64,000 nt of DNA, from the NCBI RefSeq assembly GCF_006345805.1, contig NC_043011.1, positions 54,200,464 to 54,264,463 of the forward strand, in the 5' to 3' direction. The translations under genes were made by a program, and so were the position numbers. The number at the start of each line of letters is the position of its first letter. Within the stretch, counting starts at the first letter, position 1. Below the pieces are notes generated by a model that was not told the origin of the DNA, did no database searches, and was given only the letters and a program-made list of their open reading frames with translations. The DNA comes from Octopus sinensis (Eukaryota). This document shows positions 1 to 13,398 of the stretch, piece after piece.

Positions 1-94
1 TGGAATCTTCTACAGTAGCGTAATGGGGCAGATAATATTAACTAACCTCTTCGAGCCAATTTTCTGGTTTTATTCCGAAATTAGAAACAATTGG

Positions 95-157
95 TTCTTT
101 ACGTTCTGAGTTCAAATCACCCTGAGGCTAACATTCATCGCTTCGGATGACCGAGGT
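95..157 (+). mobile_element. Degenerate fragment of SINE family A
   Basis: tttacgttctgagttcaaat...ttcatc.cttcgg matches the family A copies at 2200-2615. Confidence 0.55.
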
Positions 158-351
158 CCCTATGATAAAGCGTCCAGGTCTATGCTCCATTCGAAAGAGT
201 TGTCAGGACAACTGACTTATACACGTCCATTTTTATCCTTACTGAGATATCATGGGCACTCGAAAGTCGTTCATAAAGCATCCCAAAGCAATACTGTCCT
301 TTCGAATACAAGTTTGGACCTCCCTATCGAGTTTAGCATGGCTTGTTACTG

Positions 352-830
352 TAGTTAAGTTAAGTTAACTTTTTGGCTCAAAAAGCAAAAAGCAAGGCCA
401 TGTAGGGGGACATGGAGTTATGTACAGGGAGGGTGTTCATGCAAAGATTCAGGCCATTTCTGGTCAAGAGAGACTTTGACCGAGCGGTCGTCGGCATCTT
501 CACTATCTCGTTCCGGCAGCTTATTCGACGGATCCGCAACCCGGACGGAGAAAGCCTCTCTCCCTTCGATTGAGATGAATCGTCGCAGATAGAGCTTTCG
601 GAGTGACCCCCGCAGCCGACGCTCTGGAGCAGGAGTGAAGAACAGCTCTTTCGAGAGGTTACACTTTCCGCTTATGATGTTGTGAACAAGAATGAGATCA
701 GCACGGCGTCGTCGTTTTTCTAGAGAATAAAGGTTGAGCGTCTTCAGCCTTTCTTCATAAGACAAATGCTTGAGACCAAGAACCATGCGGGTAGCCAGCT
801 TCTGGACTCTTTCGAGATGATAACCCAAAT
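352..830 (-). mobile_element. CR1/L2-group LINE 3' end (RT C-terminus, 3' UTR hairpin, short-repeat tail)
   Basis: ORF 418-828 reads LERVQKLATRMVLGLKHLSYEERLKTLNLYSLEKRRRRADLI...FSVRVADP-NKLP, the canonical CR1 ORF2 C-terminus; 3' UTR hairpin ccatgt-aggggg-acatgg near 398-416; tail (TTAAC)n near 353-370. Confidence 0.9.
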
Positions 831-999
831 ATGTGAAAGCAGTGGTTTTCAGAGCTTTGCCTTTAGCTATTGTTTCTTTGTGCCCACAGCCATATTGGTC
901 TCTTCTCAGATGTCTCTGATAAGCGTTTCGTCATCGTTGCTCTTTTGTGAACGCAGCTCACCATACACTGCTGTATATAGTAATGTAAATAAAGAAATG

Positions 1000-1252
1000 T
1001 GGAGGCGCGAGGCTTAGTGGTTGGGGTGTCAGCATCAAGATCGTAAAATTGTGATTTCGATTCCTGGACCGGGCGACGCGTTGTGTTCTTGAGCAAAACA
1101 TTTCATTTCACGTTTGCTCCAGTCCACTCAGGGGGCAAAAATGAGTAACGCTGCGATAGACTGGCGTCCCGTCCAGCTGGGGAACACATACGCCATAGAA
1201 ACCGGGAAACCGGGCCCATAAGCCTGGCTAGGCTTTAAAAAGGGCGCATTCA
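1000..1252 (+). mobile_element. tRNA-derived SINE (family C)
   Basis: A-box-like ggcttagtgg, B-box-like tttcgattcc, then gtgttcttgagcaaaaca...tgctccagtccactca and gactggcgtcccgtccag segments, followed by an AT-rich tail. Confidence 0.8.
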
Positions 1253-2199
1253 TTTATATTATTATTATTTAAATAAAGAAATATCTAACGTAGTTTGCTA
1301 TTCACTGCTGTATACAACGATAGAAAGACAGAAATATATAACGTAGTAGCAAAGTAACAAAATTATTTCGTTAGTTTTTTTAATAGTTTCGTTTATGAAT
1401 CGTGAGTTAAAATCCAATATACCCGATTAAAACTGCTTCAATTATTTACACCTGGGTTTAATTATTCCCCCACCACCCACCCACCGAAAAGAGATATCTG
1501 ATAATATTGAGGAAATAACGCGAGAATGATCGAAACCTTCTCCAAGTGGAGATTGATCCCTCGTTCGCTGGCTTTTGTGAAATCTAATGGTATTCACTGC
1601 TCCATTCGACTTCCTGCTGTTTATAGAAGGATTAAGTTTAACATATGTATATAATTTATTAGTGTACATAAGTATATAGTCATTGTATGTCTACAACTTA
1701 TGTATACATTCATCCACCCCGCCAAAATGAAATACAGCTCACACACAAAAAAAAAAAATATGTCAGGCGAGTAAACAGTGACGTGAATAAGCAGGACTGG
1801 AGTGAAAAATGTGTGATAAAAGCTGAAAAGGCAAACCAAATTGGAAACTAGGAAACTGATACGACACCAGGCATCTGGCATAATGTTACGACACACACGC
1901 AATCCAATAGTGAAACTAGGAAACAGACGAGCAAAGACGTCTTTTGATTTTATGTAAACAGTGTAATAGCGCTGCCGAGAGTCATTTATTCACGTTAAAC
2001 ACACACTCACAGGCAGTCGTAGATGGACACTCCGGGACACACACACACACACACACACACCACACACACACACACAGAGTCGCCATTTATATTTTCTAAA
2101 TGTCTCTGAATTTCTGTGAAAGGACAGCTGGTGAGCAGGGTCAAAGGTGACGGCACCCGACTAAGGTCCCACTGGAAAAGCTAATATTGCGTCTAATCA

Positions 2200-2432
2200 A
2201 AGGCGACGACTTGGCAGAAACGTTAGCGCGCCGGGCGAAATGCTTGGCGGTATTTCGTCTGTCCTTATGTTCTGAGTTCAAATTCCGCCGAGGTCGACTT
2301 TGCCTTTCATCCTTTCGGGGTCGATTAAATAAGTACCAGTTACGCACAGGGGTCGATATAATCGACTTAATCACCTTGTCTGTCCTTGTTTGTCCCCTCT
2401 ATGTTTAGCCCCTTGTGAGCAATAAAGAAATA
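2200..2432 (+). mobile_element. SINE family A, subfamily with Tx1-like 3' tail
   Basis: aggcgacgacttggcagaaacgttagc head, gagttcaaattcc B box, gtcgactttgcctttcatcctttcggggtcgat central domain, ends tttgtcccctct...aataaagaaata. Confidence 0.9.
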
Positions 2433-2615
2433 AGAATCGTTAGCACGCCGGGCGAAATGCTTAGCGGTATTTCGTCTGTCTTTACGTTCTGAATTCAAAT
2501 TCCGCCGAAGTCGACTTTGTCTTTCATCCTTTCGGTGTCGATAAATTAAGTACCAGTTGCGTACTGCGATCGATGTAAATCATTTCGGGCCTTGTGCCCA
2601 GCGTAGAAAATGATA
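2433..2615 (+). mobile_element. SINE family A, second copy (host of the preceding copy)
   Basis: Begins agaatcgttagc; same B box and central domain; ordinary tail ggccttgtgccca...gtagaaa. Confidence 0.85.
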
Positions 2616-2934
2616 TTGAGTCTAATCACTGATTGGAAACAATGAACAGCCAAACAACAATGTTTCAACTATTGTAAAATGAGTTGTGTGGGTTTCAGGA
2701 TATGTCTGTCTGTCTGTTTGTCTATCTGGAGAGGGAAAGAAACAAGGAATTGATGTATGAACATCCCAAAATACATCAACTTAACTATGAGCTTTATTAA
2801 TAATAGGTCGTACGGTGTTCAATGCTAAGGAGGCAGCTTTTGAGCGAAATTAAATTATGAACTATTTGTGAAAGTTATGTTTTCCTTCTTTCTATCCTGT
2901 GTATGTACACGTATATATAATATATATTATATAT

Positions 2935-2967
<33 letters not shown>

Positions 2968-3115
2968 TATGTGAAATAGAAAGATGAATAATCTTGTAGT
3001 AGATTAATCAAAAGTTTAAACCGATACCTTGGTAGCAAAAATCACGTTGTAGAATGAAATAAACGATTTCTGTTCAATCTGCGTTCAGCTCCATTTCTTA
3101 ATTCACCAATAATAA

Positions 3116-3157
<42 letters not shown>

Positions 3158-3162
3158 GTGTG

Positions 3163-3411
3163 TGGAGGCGCAGTGGCCCAGTGGTTAGGGTAGCGGACTC
3201 GCGGTCATAGGATCGCGGTTTCGATTCCCAGACCGGGCATTGTGAGTGTTTGTTGAGCGAAAACACCTAAAAGCTCCACGAGGCTCCGGCAGGGGTGGTG
3301 GTGATCCCTGCTGTACTCTTTCACCACAACTTTCTCTCACTCTTACTTCCTGTTTCTGTTGTACCTGTATTTCAAAGGGCCGGCCTTGTCACTCTCTGTG
3401 TCACGCTGAAT
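3163..3411 (+). mobile_element. tRNA-derived SINE (family D), 3' truncated
   Basis: ggaggcgcagtggcccagtggttagg A box and ggtttcgattccc B box with tRNA-like spacing, followed by a unique body. Confidence 0.8.
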
Positions 3412-3570
3412 AAATATGGAGGAACAAATATGGTATTATTGGACGCTCAGGAAAGAAGGAGGGTTTATCGTTTCGAGCGGAACTCTTCGTCGGTAACATA
3501 GAAGGAAAGATTCAGAGAAGGAAAGACAGAGGAAAAAAAAATCGCCAACGGTACACACGCGGTCACGGTG
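3412..3570 (-). mobile_element. Penelope-like terminal fragment with degenerate hammerhead motif
   Basis: Minus strand 3464-3497 reads ccgacga-a-gag-ttccg-ctc-gaaac; next to a (TA)n tract. Confidence 0.5.
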
Positions 3571-4547
3571 TATGTGTACAAGTACATATATATATATATA
3601 TATTATATTAAATTTATATATGGAGTGTTTTGGAAATACTTTGATATAGTTATAATACTTGGAGAGAAGATTGTTTTCTCAAAGAATTAAGATTGAGAAA
3701 AGAACCTCTTTTTAGAAGGTCGAAAGGCACAAACCTAAGGGAAAAGATTTCACAAAATGTGTGTGGCATTTGCTTTTATAGACGTGCAAGCGCTTTCAGT
3801 TCTTGACGTTTTCAAGCACGAGAGAGAGAGAGGGGGGGGGCTAGAGATAGATAGACAGACAGACAGACATGCATACAAATGGAAAAAGTAAGGACTGCCA
3901 GACAGACAATTCCTACGGTTAAACAAGCTTCTGTTTGTTTAACGTTTAATTTTGTGCCTTTATTGTGTGATTGACTTTCACCAGTCAACAGTTTTAATGA
4001 CCATAATATCACCCCGTGTCTACACATTGCTTATATACACACACACAAACATACATAGAGGTATTTATGTGTGTGTGTATATATATACATACATACATAC
4101 ACGCACATGTTTATATGTATTACAGTATGTCAGTCACACACGCAGCTATTTCTTCCGTCTCTCTGTTTCTCCTTACTCTCCCCCATTCTGCTCTCTATGG
4201 GCCAACATCCCTGCTGTTCCTATCGTTCCCAGCTTAAGAGTTTGTTCATTCAATCATATCATCCCCATTTCTCCCCCCACCCCCGGTCCCTCTCCCCGTC
4301 TCTCGTCAGGTCTCTCACTCCCTACCTTTCTGTCTGTCCCTCTATCTTTTCTTTCTTTTCTCCTCTCTTCTCATATCTATCTGTCTTTTTTCCACACTTT
4401 CTGTGTTGACGTCTTTATTTCATCTTTTCATTGGTAGGTGAGTGCGGTAAAGGAGGAGGTGGGAGGAGAGAGAAGATAAAACTTTACCTTCACCATCACC
4501 GCCACCACCACCACCACCACTACTACTATCCTTTGAGGGAAACATTA

Positions 4548-4612
4548 TGTGGTCTTTTGACCTGCAAGAAATAGCAGCCAAAACTCCTCAAATCACACCA
4601 TACCATTTTAAC
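4548..4612 (+). repeat. Old interspersed repeat (agaaatagcagccaaa motif); other copies at about 17460-17525 (-) and 34755-34815 (+)
   Basis: Shared agaaatagca(g/a)(c/a)caaa...aaatc..acc..accattttaa in three places. Confidence 0.55.
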
Positions 4613-4659
4613 AGAGACTATGAAACAGTTATGGGCAAACAGCGGCTTACAGGCACGTC

Positions 4660-4749
4660 TAACGAAAAAATTTTTTAGTGGTGTGGCCCGCCTGATGAGG
4701 ACCAATGTCTCATGCGGCCCGCTTCTCGAAAAAAGCTGCTCATGTCTGG
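4660..4749 (+). mobile_element. hAT-like non-autonomous element end
   Basis: gtggcccg...tgcggcccg...aaaaaagctgctcatgtctg resembles Charlie/hAT subterminal motifs and right TIR. Confidence 0.4.
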
Positions 4750-4891
4750 TGTAGAATAAGACACTGATTAACTTGTCCATTTCGAGAAAGATGGGGTGGT
4801 CACGATCATATTGCTTTTAATCATAGTTCTGAGATGGCCAGTGGTTACTCAAAACAAGAGACATACAACATGCCACCACGCCGCCGCCGAC

Positions 4892-5416
4892 GACACTGTG
4901 GGTCCCTAATTGTTCATCAGTTATCAACCAGAATGGTAATGCATAGTTTCGCACCTTTAACGATGAGGCTGTGGGGGCTTCCCATCTTGGCTGTGCCTGC
5001 GAAAGACGCACAGAATTGGGTCTCAAACAAACAAAACGACACAGAGTGGACATAGGAAAGTTTAAAAAATGTAATTTAAGCCGATGGACAAAAACAAAAC
5101 GAGCAAAATACGGCCTTGCGGCCAAAAGACGGGTGTGGTTGGTAACGCTTAGAAGAAATCCTGAAGGATGTAGACAACGGTGAATAGCAAGGTAGAGAAA
5201 GTGATTTCGTGACCGAACCGCTGAGAAAGAAAGAATGAAGAAAAACTGGCCACGGGTCACGTGTCAGCAGAAGTCAGAGGAGAAAGGGAGACAGAGAGTG
5301 AGAGAGCGGCAGGAACCGCCAACACTGGAAGCCTCTCAGTCTTTTCATTAAAGGTGCGAAACTGAGTGTTACCATTCTGGTTGATAACTGATGAAGAATT
5401 AGAGAACCTCTGTGTC
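4892..5416. repeat. Imperfect inverted repeat, arms about 108 bp (4892-5000 / 5309-5416)
   Basis: ttcatcagttatcaaccagaatggtaa...gtttcgcacctttaa versus ttaaaggtgcgaaac...ttaccattctggttgataactgatgaa. Confidence 0.85.
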
Positions 5417-5596
5417 AAGTAGTGATGCAGTACGACCGTTTCAAGCGGCTCTATTTAACTGAACAATGCAATAATTACATTAATTTAAATGCAGCTGTAC
5501 AAATAGATAAATAGAATTTTAACCATTCGGACACATTAATATAATTTTTCTCAAATACTTTAACAGAGCAAGAAGATGAAGAAATTCATGTGTCGC

Positions 5597-5640
<44 letters not shown>

Positions 5641-5654
5641 TATATATATAACTA

Positions 5655-5850
5655 GTCACCATGCTTGATCGCTAAAATCTTCACATCTAAAAAATTCTCT
5701 CTCTGTTTATTGTCTCTTATCTCTTATTCCTTTCTGTTGAAGAGCATAGGCTCAAAATGTAAAAGACTTTCCCACTTTCTAGAGTGTCAAACACCTGCAT
5801 GTTGATCACACACCTGTTTTCATCTTTTGTTTTTCTGTAAATTTGAACTA
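5655..5850 (+). mobile_element. Penelope-like terminal fragment with CpG-decayed minimal hammerhead
   Basis: 5730-5765 cttt-ctgttga-a-gagc-atag-gctc-aaaa-t-gta-aaag; same family as 9760-9955; flanked by (TA)n on both sides. Confidence 0.65.
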
Positions 5851-6017
5851 TATATATATATATATATAAATAATCCGAAAAGTATAGTATTAAATATCCA
5901 TATCCATCACGGCTGATCTTACCAGTCAGTTCCGCGTAAAGAATACAATATACCCACTCTTCTGACAGTGCATCCTTTCCTTGATATTTGGTCTCTTAGA
6001 CGACTCACGCGCGTGTG

Positions 6018-6086
<69 letters not shown>

Positions 6087-6287
6087 ATATATTGACTCAT
6101 CTAAAATGGAACAAAAGCGCAATAGGGGACAATAAAACATTCGGACAGATAGACGATACAAAAGCGGACAGGAGAAACAACATTCAGAAGGACAGGCAAA
6201 AAAGACGGGTCATTCGTGGCCTTCTTTCCTCAGTCAAGTTACCAGAAGTCCTTACAGTTTTGAGACAGTTCGATCTGGTTGCCCACT

Positions 6288-6914
6288 TTTATTCTTCAAC
6301 ATGTTTCAGTCATTTGACTGCAGCCATGCTGGACCACCACCTTAAAGGGTTTTAGCCGAAGAAATTGACCCCAGGACTTAGTCTTTGTAAGCGTAGTACT
6401 TATTCTATCGGTCTCTTTCGCCGAACGAATTTACTGACGGCGGAGGTACAGACAGACTAACACACACATACAAACACACATATATATCCGCTCTCTTCTA
6501 TCTTTTCAAAAACTTTTTTCCTAGCGTTCAAGATTTTCCTCTCGTTCTGGCCTAACGACCCTCCATGTTTGTTTTCGTCCGGTTTTCTTGTGTGTCATAA
6601 CTGTCCCAATTTTGTTCCCAACTTTGACCCTCATAAATCCTAAATTTTATTTTAGAATTTATGGGAGCAATTTTCTTTGAAGACTCATATTGTCATTGAA
6701 TGCTCGAAACGAGGAGTAGATAGACAGCCGACAACTGATGAAGGGTCGTTTCTCTGTGTTTACTTGTACCGTTCTCCATTTATCCTTCGTTGTTTACGTA
6801 TTTCATTTTATTTGCACCGTTGGTGACGTCCTGTACCCACACACACACACATATATATTACACATATATATATAAATACATATAGATATACATACATATG
6901 TATATATATACATA

Positions 6915-6947
<33 letters not shown>

Positions 6948-7015
6948 CACTATATACATATATATATATACACTATATATATATATATATATACATATAT
7001 ATATACATACATATG

Positions 7016-7056
<41 letters not shown>

Positions 7057-7178
7057 CAAATCCGCTCACAAGGATTTGGTCAGCCCAAGGCTATAGAAGA
7101 CACTTCCTTAAGATGCCACGCAGTGGGACTGTACTCGGATCTATGTGGTTGGGAAACAAGCTTCTTACCACACAGCCA
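6288..7178 (-). mobile_element. CORE-type SINE family B, split (3' part 6288-6480, 5' part 7057-7178) by an insertion in its internal microsatellite
   Basis: Both halves match the full copy at 18175-18570; the intervening 6485-6840 has ttgaaga...ctcgaaac and ctgatgaag motifs (Penelope-like). Confidence 0.8.
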
Positions 7179-7539
7179 TACGTTTGTATGTATGTATGTA
7201 TGTATGTATGTATGTATGTATATGTATGTATATGTATGTATGTATACAAAGTTTCACTTCTCTCAGACTGTGGAATGTCTGAAATGTTTATTATTATTTA
7301 TATGTTCAAGTGTTGCTGTATATATTTGTGCACGGAGAATAAACTAGCGACTATCTAAATAGATTGCCACTTATATTATCTAGCAACGTCCAACAGCTTT
7401 CGCTAAATTTACAATACAGAGTTGTGAATAATATGTCACCTGCTATTCTATCGTTCTGTGTGTCTGAATGGCTGTATGCATGGCTGATAGTGACGTTTGT
7501 CTGTGTTAGTAGCTCCACCTAACTTTATGTCCGATAGTC

Positions 7540-7854
<315 letters not shown>

Positions 7855-9475
7855 GGGAAAAGTCAGTTGGCTTGCGGCTCGGCACCTGGAGAAGCAGGCC
7901 CATGCCGTCCAACAGCGTCTCCATCGTGGGACGCTGGACCAACAGACCGGTTAAACTGTCTTTACGTTCTGAGTTCAAATTCTGAGTCTGGTTCGGTCCT
8001 GGCCTTCAAATGGAGAAGAACTGGGGCGAAATAACAACCAATGTGGCCACCTTCACCCAGTAATAGGCCGAGAGGAAGCTATCCCTAAAATGTCGGGCGG
8101 AGGTGGCGAACGCCTACATCGCATCCGTCATCGATTATCGTCTGACCGTCGTGCCTTGTCCCGACCCTACCATCACCAAACTGGAACGTATGCTCTTCTG
8201 AATCTTGTGGAAAGGAAACGTTCCGATGGTTAGGCGATCCATTTGCTGTCAACACCCGCAAAATGGAGGGCTAGGCATGCCGTGGTTGATGATGCGCAGA
8301 CATGCGCTGAGACTGCGACATCTCCGGCGCTTCATAGACGACGGTGAACAGGTGTGGACGCCGTTTGTGCGGCGCGCTTTCCCTCAGCTTGTTTACTTGG
8401 CCGAACTGCAGTCGTGGATCAAACAGTGACCGAGGCTGGGCGAATGGCACCGCGAGTATCGCGTTGCTCTCAAGCAACTCTGCAGTCCGGGACCAAACTT
8501 GTGCGACTTCATTACAACAAAGGCATTCTATAGAGGATTAGTGGAAGGGAGGTGTGACGACGTTCTCGGGCAGAATCTGGACGTCGACAAGAGACACCTG
8601 ACCCACCTGTTCAGGACAACTTTTGGGCCGGGACCTATGGACAATCACCAAAGATCCCTGTCCTGGCAGTGCTATCGAGAAGCATTACCTGTTCAGGATA
8701 AGCTCTACAGGCATGGTTCGAGACACACCGGACCGACTTACCCGAGACGCGGTCAGAGCGACGAAACTGATCTGCACGCACTCGTGCAGTGCCCAACTAT
8801 TTCGGACCTGTGGGCTTATGCCGAACGGCTGCTGTCAAGTGTGGGACGAGTCCGCCTGTCGGCCGAGTCTATTGTGGAAATTGCTCCGCCACCTTCCCTC
8901 AACCGGGAAGGCAAGGCAGTCTTCATCGTACTGGTGGTCATGGTGAAAGAATGTGTGTGGTGGACTCGAGCGAAAGGATTAGAGACAAACACTTACCTCT
9001 CTGACCAATCGCTCATCAACTTTTTCAAGTACCACATGAAAAGGAAGGTGGGAATGGAGAGGTAGGTTTTGTCTCGTAAAAGACTCAAAAAAAGGTAGGT
9101 GAATGTAGCAAAGATGGTGCGTGCGAGTGATGAAACCACTTTGAGCATGATCCTGTAAATCGAAGAGGGAGAGAGTGAGAGCACTTTGCTCTCATGTGTT
9201 TATTCCCTCCCTGCCTGAGGTTACTGTGGTCTTTTTCGTTGGCTTTTCTTTCTACGGATAAACCTAATCTTGCTTTTTACATTTTTAAAACTCTTCTGTG
9301 ATACACGATCCCCTTTTATCGTTTTTTCCCCGATCCCTTCTGATAGGAATTTTACTCTTTTTCTTATTTTCCCCTTATTTTTCTTATTTCATTTTTTGTT
9401 TTCATTTTCGAAAAGTAAAGCTCTACATTTGTATTTGTCCCCTCTGTGTTCAGCCCTGTGTGGCCAATAAAGAAA
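7855..9475 (+). mobile_element. Tx1-clade (L1 group) LINE, 5' truncated, ORF2 C-terminus with stops
   Basis: Translates KSVGLRLGTW...ERKLSLKCRAEVANAYIASVIDY...LWKG...GGLGMP...W.CYREALPV.DKL...(C)PR(C)GQSDETDLHALVQCP; T-rich 3' UTR ending aataaagaaa at 9475. Confidence 0.92.
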
Positions 9476-9493
9476 GTTTTCTGTGTCTATCTG

Positions 9494-9724
9494 TCAGTTT
9501 GTGTCTATATAAGCCGCACGAGATTCGAAAATTTTATTATTACCGGATAATCTAGAAATTCTTGTAGAAATATTAACTAATCTCCGTATTATCTCGAGTG
9601 GATAGTTGAAGGCTACGTTAATGTGCTTAATATGATCATTTAGCTTATGAAATGGTTCAAATAATCCAGTATCAAAACAGGAGGTAGCGTCAAGAAAGTT
9701 CACTGTACGATAATCTTTACCCAT
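9494..9724 (-). mobile_element. Penelope-like (Naiad-type) RT thumb fragment
   Basis: VNFLDAT...TGLFEPFHKLND...HINVAFNYP..II...ISTRISRLS.N..IF matches the FLD...PY.KPN...Y...SNHP...RIS.LS pattern. Confidence 0.75.
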
Positions 9725-9759
9725 AGTGTGTGTGTGCGTATGTATATATATATATAACG

Positions 9760-9954
9760 GGAAGCTTTATGAAAATAAACAAAAGACGAAGGCAGGTGGA
9801 GTACAAACAAACAATTGTATTAATATGGCGCTCAGGAATATAAATAAAACAAGTCTTTTACGTTTCGAGCCTACGCTCTTCAACAGAAAGATACACAGAA
9901 AAGAAACACGGAGAGAAAAAAAATGCGTGCAGAAGCTAGCGATTCAACATGGCG

Positions 9955-9955
<1 letters not shown>
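9760..9955 (-). mobile_element. Penelope-like terminal fragment with minimal hammerhead motif
   Basis: 9891-9854 reads TCTTT-CTGTTGA-A-GAGC-GTAG-GCTC-GAAA-C-GTA-AAAGA with stems I and II perfectly paired. Confidence 0.7.
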
Positions 9956-9988
<33 letters not shown>

Positions 9989-10436
9989 ATTCTATCTATA
10001 TATATATATCTATCTATATATATATCTATCTTATATATTATATCTATAATATATATCTATCTATATCATATCTATCTATATATATCTATCTATCTATATA
10101 TATATCTATATATATATATCTATATATATATATCTATCTATATATATCTATTTATATATATCTATATCTATATATTATATCTATATATATATCTATTTAT
10201 ATATATATAGATATATATATATATATCTATATATCTATTATCTATATATATATCTATATATATATATCTATATATATATATATATCTATATATCTATATC
10301 TATTATCTATATCTATATCTCTATCTATCTCTATCTATATATCTATCTATATCTATCTATATCTATATCTATATCTATCATATCTATCTATATCTATATC
10401 TATCTATCTTCTATCTATCTATATATATATATATAA
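9955..10436. repeat. (TA)/(TATC) low-complexity tract
   Basis: Direct reading. Confidence 0.95.
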
Positions 10437-11141
10437 ATCAAAATAAGCAACAAGGATATGAAGGCGATAAAAGTGAAAACACGTAAAACTAAGTGAATAA
10501 AATAATACTGCAAAATTCCGGTTTCTTTGCAGTGTTATTTTATTCACTTAGTTTTACATGTTTACACTTTTATCGTCTTCGAAGTATTTTCCATTTGAAG
10601 CAATGCATCGGTCCAGGTGCGTTTTCCACTATTCGAACCCGTACTGGAACTCTTGTAAAGTTATCCCTTTTAACGCTTCCATCATTTTAACGCTGATGAA
10701 TTTTGCAAGTTCATTTTCCAAACAGCGATCTCAATCAAATACAATACATGCAAACCCTTAACAAAAAGATAAACATAGAAGACAATCGTGTTTCGATACT
10801 TGATTGAAAGAAAAACTTCTCATATAATCAATCATTCGATTAATCGTCTATCAATATATCTATTCATCTATTCTTGTATCCTTCAATCTAAGCTGTTCGT
10901 ATGTATGTATAAATATATGTTTGTGAATTTATGTGCGTGTATGTGTGACTGTATTTATATCACTATCTATTTAACTATCTATCTATCTATCTATCTATCT
11001 ATTTATTTATCTACCTACCTACCTGTCTATCCATTTCCCCTCTGTCAACATTCATCCTCTATCTCACTATCCTTCCCTCTACGTATTTATGTATAGGTGT
11101 GTGTTTCTTGTATGCAGGCGCACACACACTCACGTACATAC

Positions 11142-11210
<69 letters not shown>

Positions 11211-12939
11211 TGTATGTATACACACACACATACACATACACAAACACGGACACACACATATGTACAATAAGCATTCTTACCAGAAAGATTGCCAACATAA
11301 AGACATCAGTAAACCACATTTAGTGCTATGACGAGGGAGATGGCGACGACCACGACGGAAACCACCGTTACTGTCCCAACTACAATACCACCACCACCAC
11401 AACCACCACCACCACCACTACCATTACCTTCATTACGAACGCCATCACTACCACCTCCACAACAACGACAACATCAACAACAACAACAACAACAACAACA
11501 ATGTCGCCGCCCGAAACACCTTTCCCTTGCGGTTTTTTTCTTCTTCTCAACAATCAGACGAAGTGAGATGTTTGAGCAAAGATGCGTTTAGATGTGTTTA
11601 CGATCAACTATTGTGTGATAAGACAGATGTTATCGTGTATAGGGACCACACAAGGGTCACTGTTAGGGAACTGTCCTGATTACTTTGTGTGTGTGTGTGT
11701 GTGTTTGCTTTGTGGTGTCTATAGAGGGATGGAGGAGGCGGTGGAAAGGGGTGGGGGCCCAAATCCCTTTGTGTTATCATTTATTGTTTTCGGAGCATGA
11801 TCCAGGGACAGGTTTTATGATCTGTATTTGAGATTAACATATACATACAGGCACGCATTCACTCGCCCTCCCTCGCACACATACACTTACCCACGAGCAA
11901 ATAATTTATAGATTTACAGATTTATGTATATATACACATGTAAGATATATACATATATGTATATATGTGTATCTATACAGATATATATATATATATGTGT
12001 ATGTATATATGTGTATATGTATATATATGTATATATATATATGTATGTATATATGAATATATGTGCGTATATATATATATATATATATGTATGTTTATAT
12101 GTATACATGTATATCTGTCTATTTTTCCATCTCTCTCTATACACACACACATATATATATAATGATATACAGATGTATACATGCGTACATACATATATAC
12201 ACTTACGTATATATATATCTTAAAAAGTGGACATCCCCATAAATGTTGCGTATATGAGTATGTATATACACACAAATACATACACATTTGTAAGTATATG
12301 CTTACAAATACATACATACATATGTGTGTGTGTGTATAAGTGATATATATGTGTGTGTATATATATATATATATGTATAGATAGACAGAAAGACTCTCTC
12401 TCGCTCATACACAAGCGTACATATCTTTAAATGGCTCAGAAGACGCTATAAGATATCGTATTGGCTTACATATAACAGAAACAGCTGTAAGTAAATGAAA
12501 GACACAACGTAACTTTTGTTCTTTTGTCATTACTTAATTTATATGTCAAATATAACTGTTCATAATTATATTTCATTGAATGCGTCTTAGTTCACCTTTA
12601 GTAGTACTGTTGGACCAGCAAAACATGTACTCAAGCTAGCGAGAGGTGACTATCATTTAATAAACAATAGATTAAATGTAACCTAATTCAAGTTTCATGC
12701 TCGATAATACAGTTATCGGACGAAATTATATAGCATGCTGTGTTCTATCTGAGCGTGAGACTTACAGTAACTCACAATTAAATCCTGTATTTATCTAATG
12801 ATATATTTACATGCATACATATATAATTGTAATTTGTTGTAAGGATTACTGAAACAGCAGTAGAAATGGTTATTATTCAATAACAATGATACTGTTTGCC
12901 GTAACTCTTTGCATCGTGAGTGCACACACATGCACGCAT

Positions 12940-12985
<46 letters not shown>

Positions 12986-13343
12986 GCGTACACGCATTTC
13001 AGAATCATAAAGAAGCAGATATACATTCATATTTAGTAAGCGAAAGATAAAGAAAAATATCTATAGATAGTAAATATTGCTTTGCCTTGGACACTCAGCC
13101 TCTGTTGCAGTCTTAGGGTCGTTACCCTGATATACCTCATTTTCGGGGGAGATGACACCTCTACAGACTTGAACACAACCGACTTCTTCCAGGAAAAAAA
13201 CAGAATGTGTGTGAGTGTGTGTGAGAGAGAGAGAGAAAGAAAGAGAGAGAGAGAGAGAAAAAGAGAGAGAGAGAAAGAAAGAGATAGAGAAAAGATAATA
13301 AAGAGCTAATAGATAGAGGGGAGGAGTTTAGGCAATTTTTCTG

Positions 13344-13398
<55 letters not shown>

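Noticed and set aside
3163-3240. tRNA gene
   Set aside because: A/B boxes run straight into a SINE body with no clean acceptor stem or T-run terminator; the same applies to 1000-1075 and 29710-29793
4692-4735. ctgatgag as a hammerhead core
   Set aside because: No convincing stem II closing at GAAA and no stem I partner; lies in an hAT-like end
11328-11591. Pro/Gln-rich ORF resembling a transcription factor
   Set aside because: Built from CCA and CAA repeats that are common across the window
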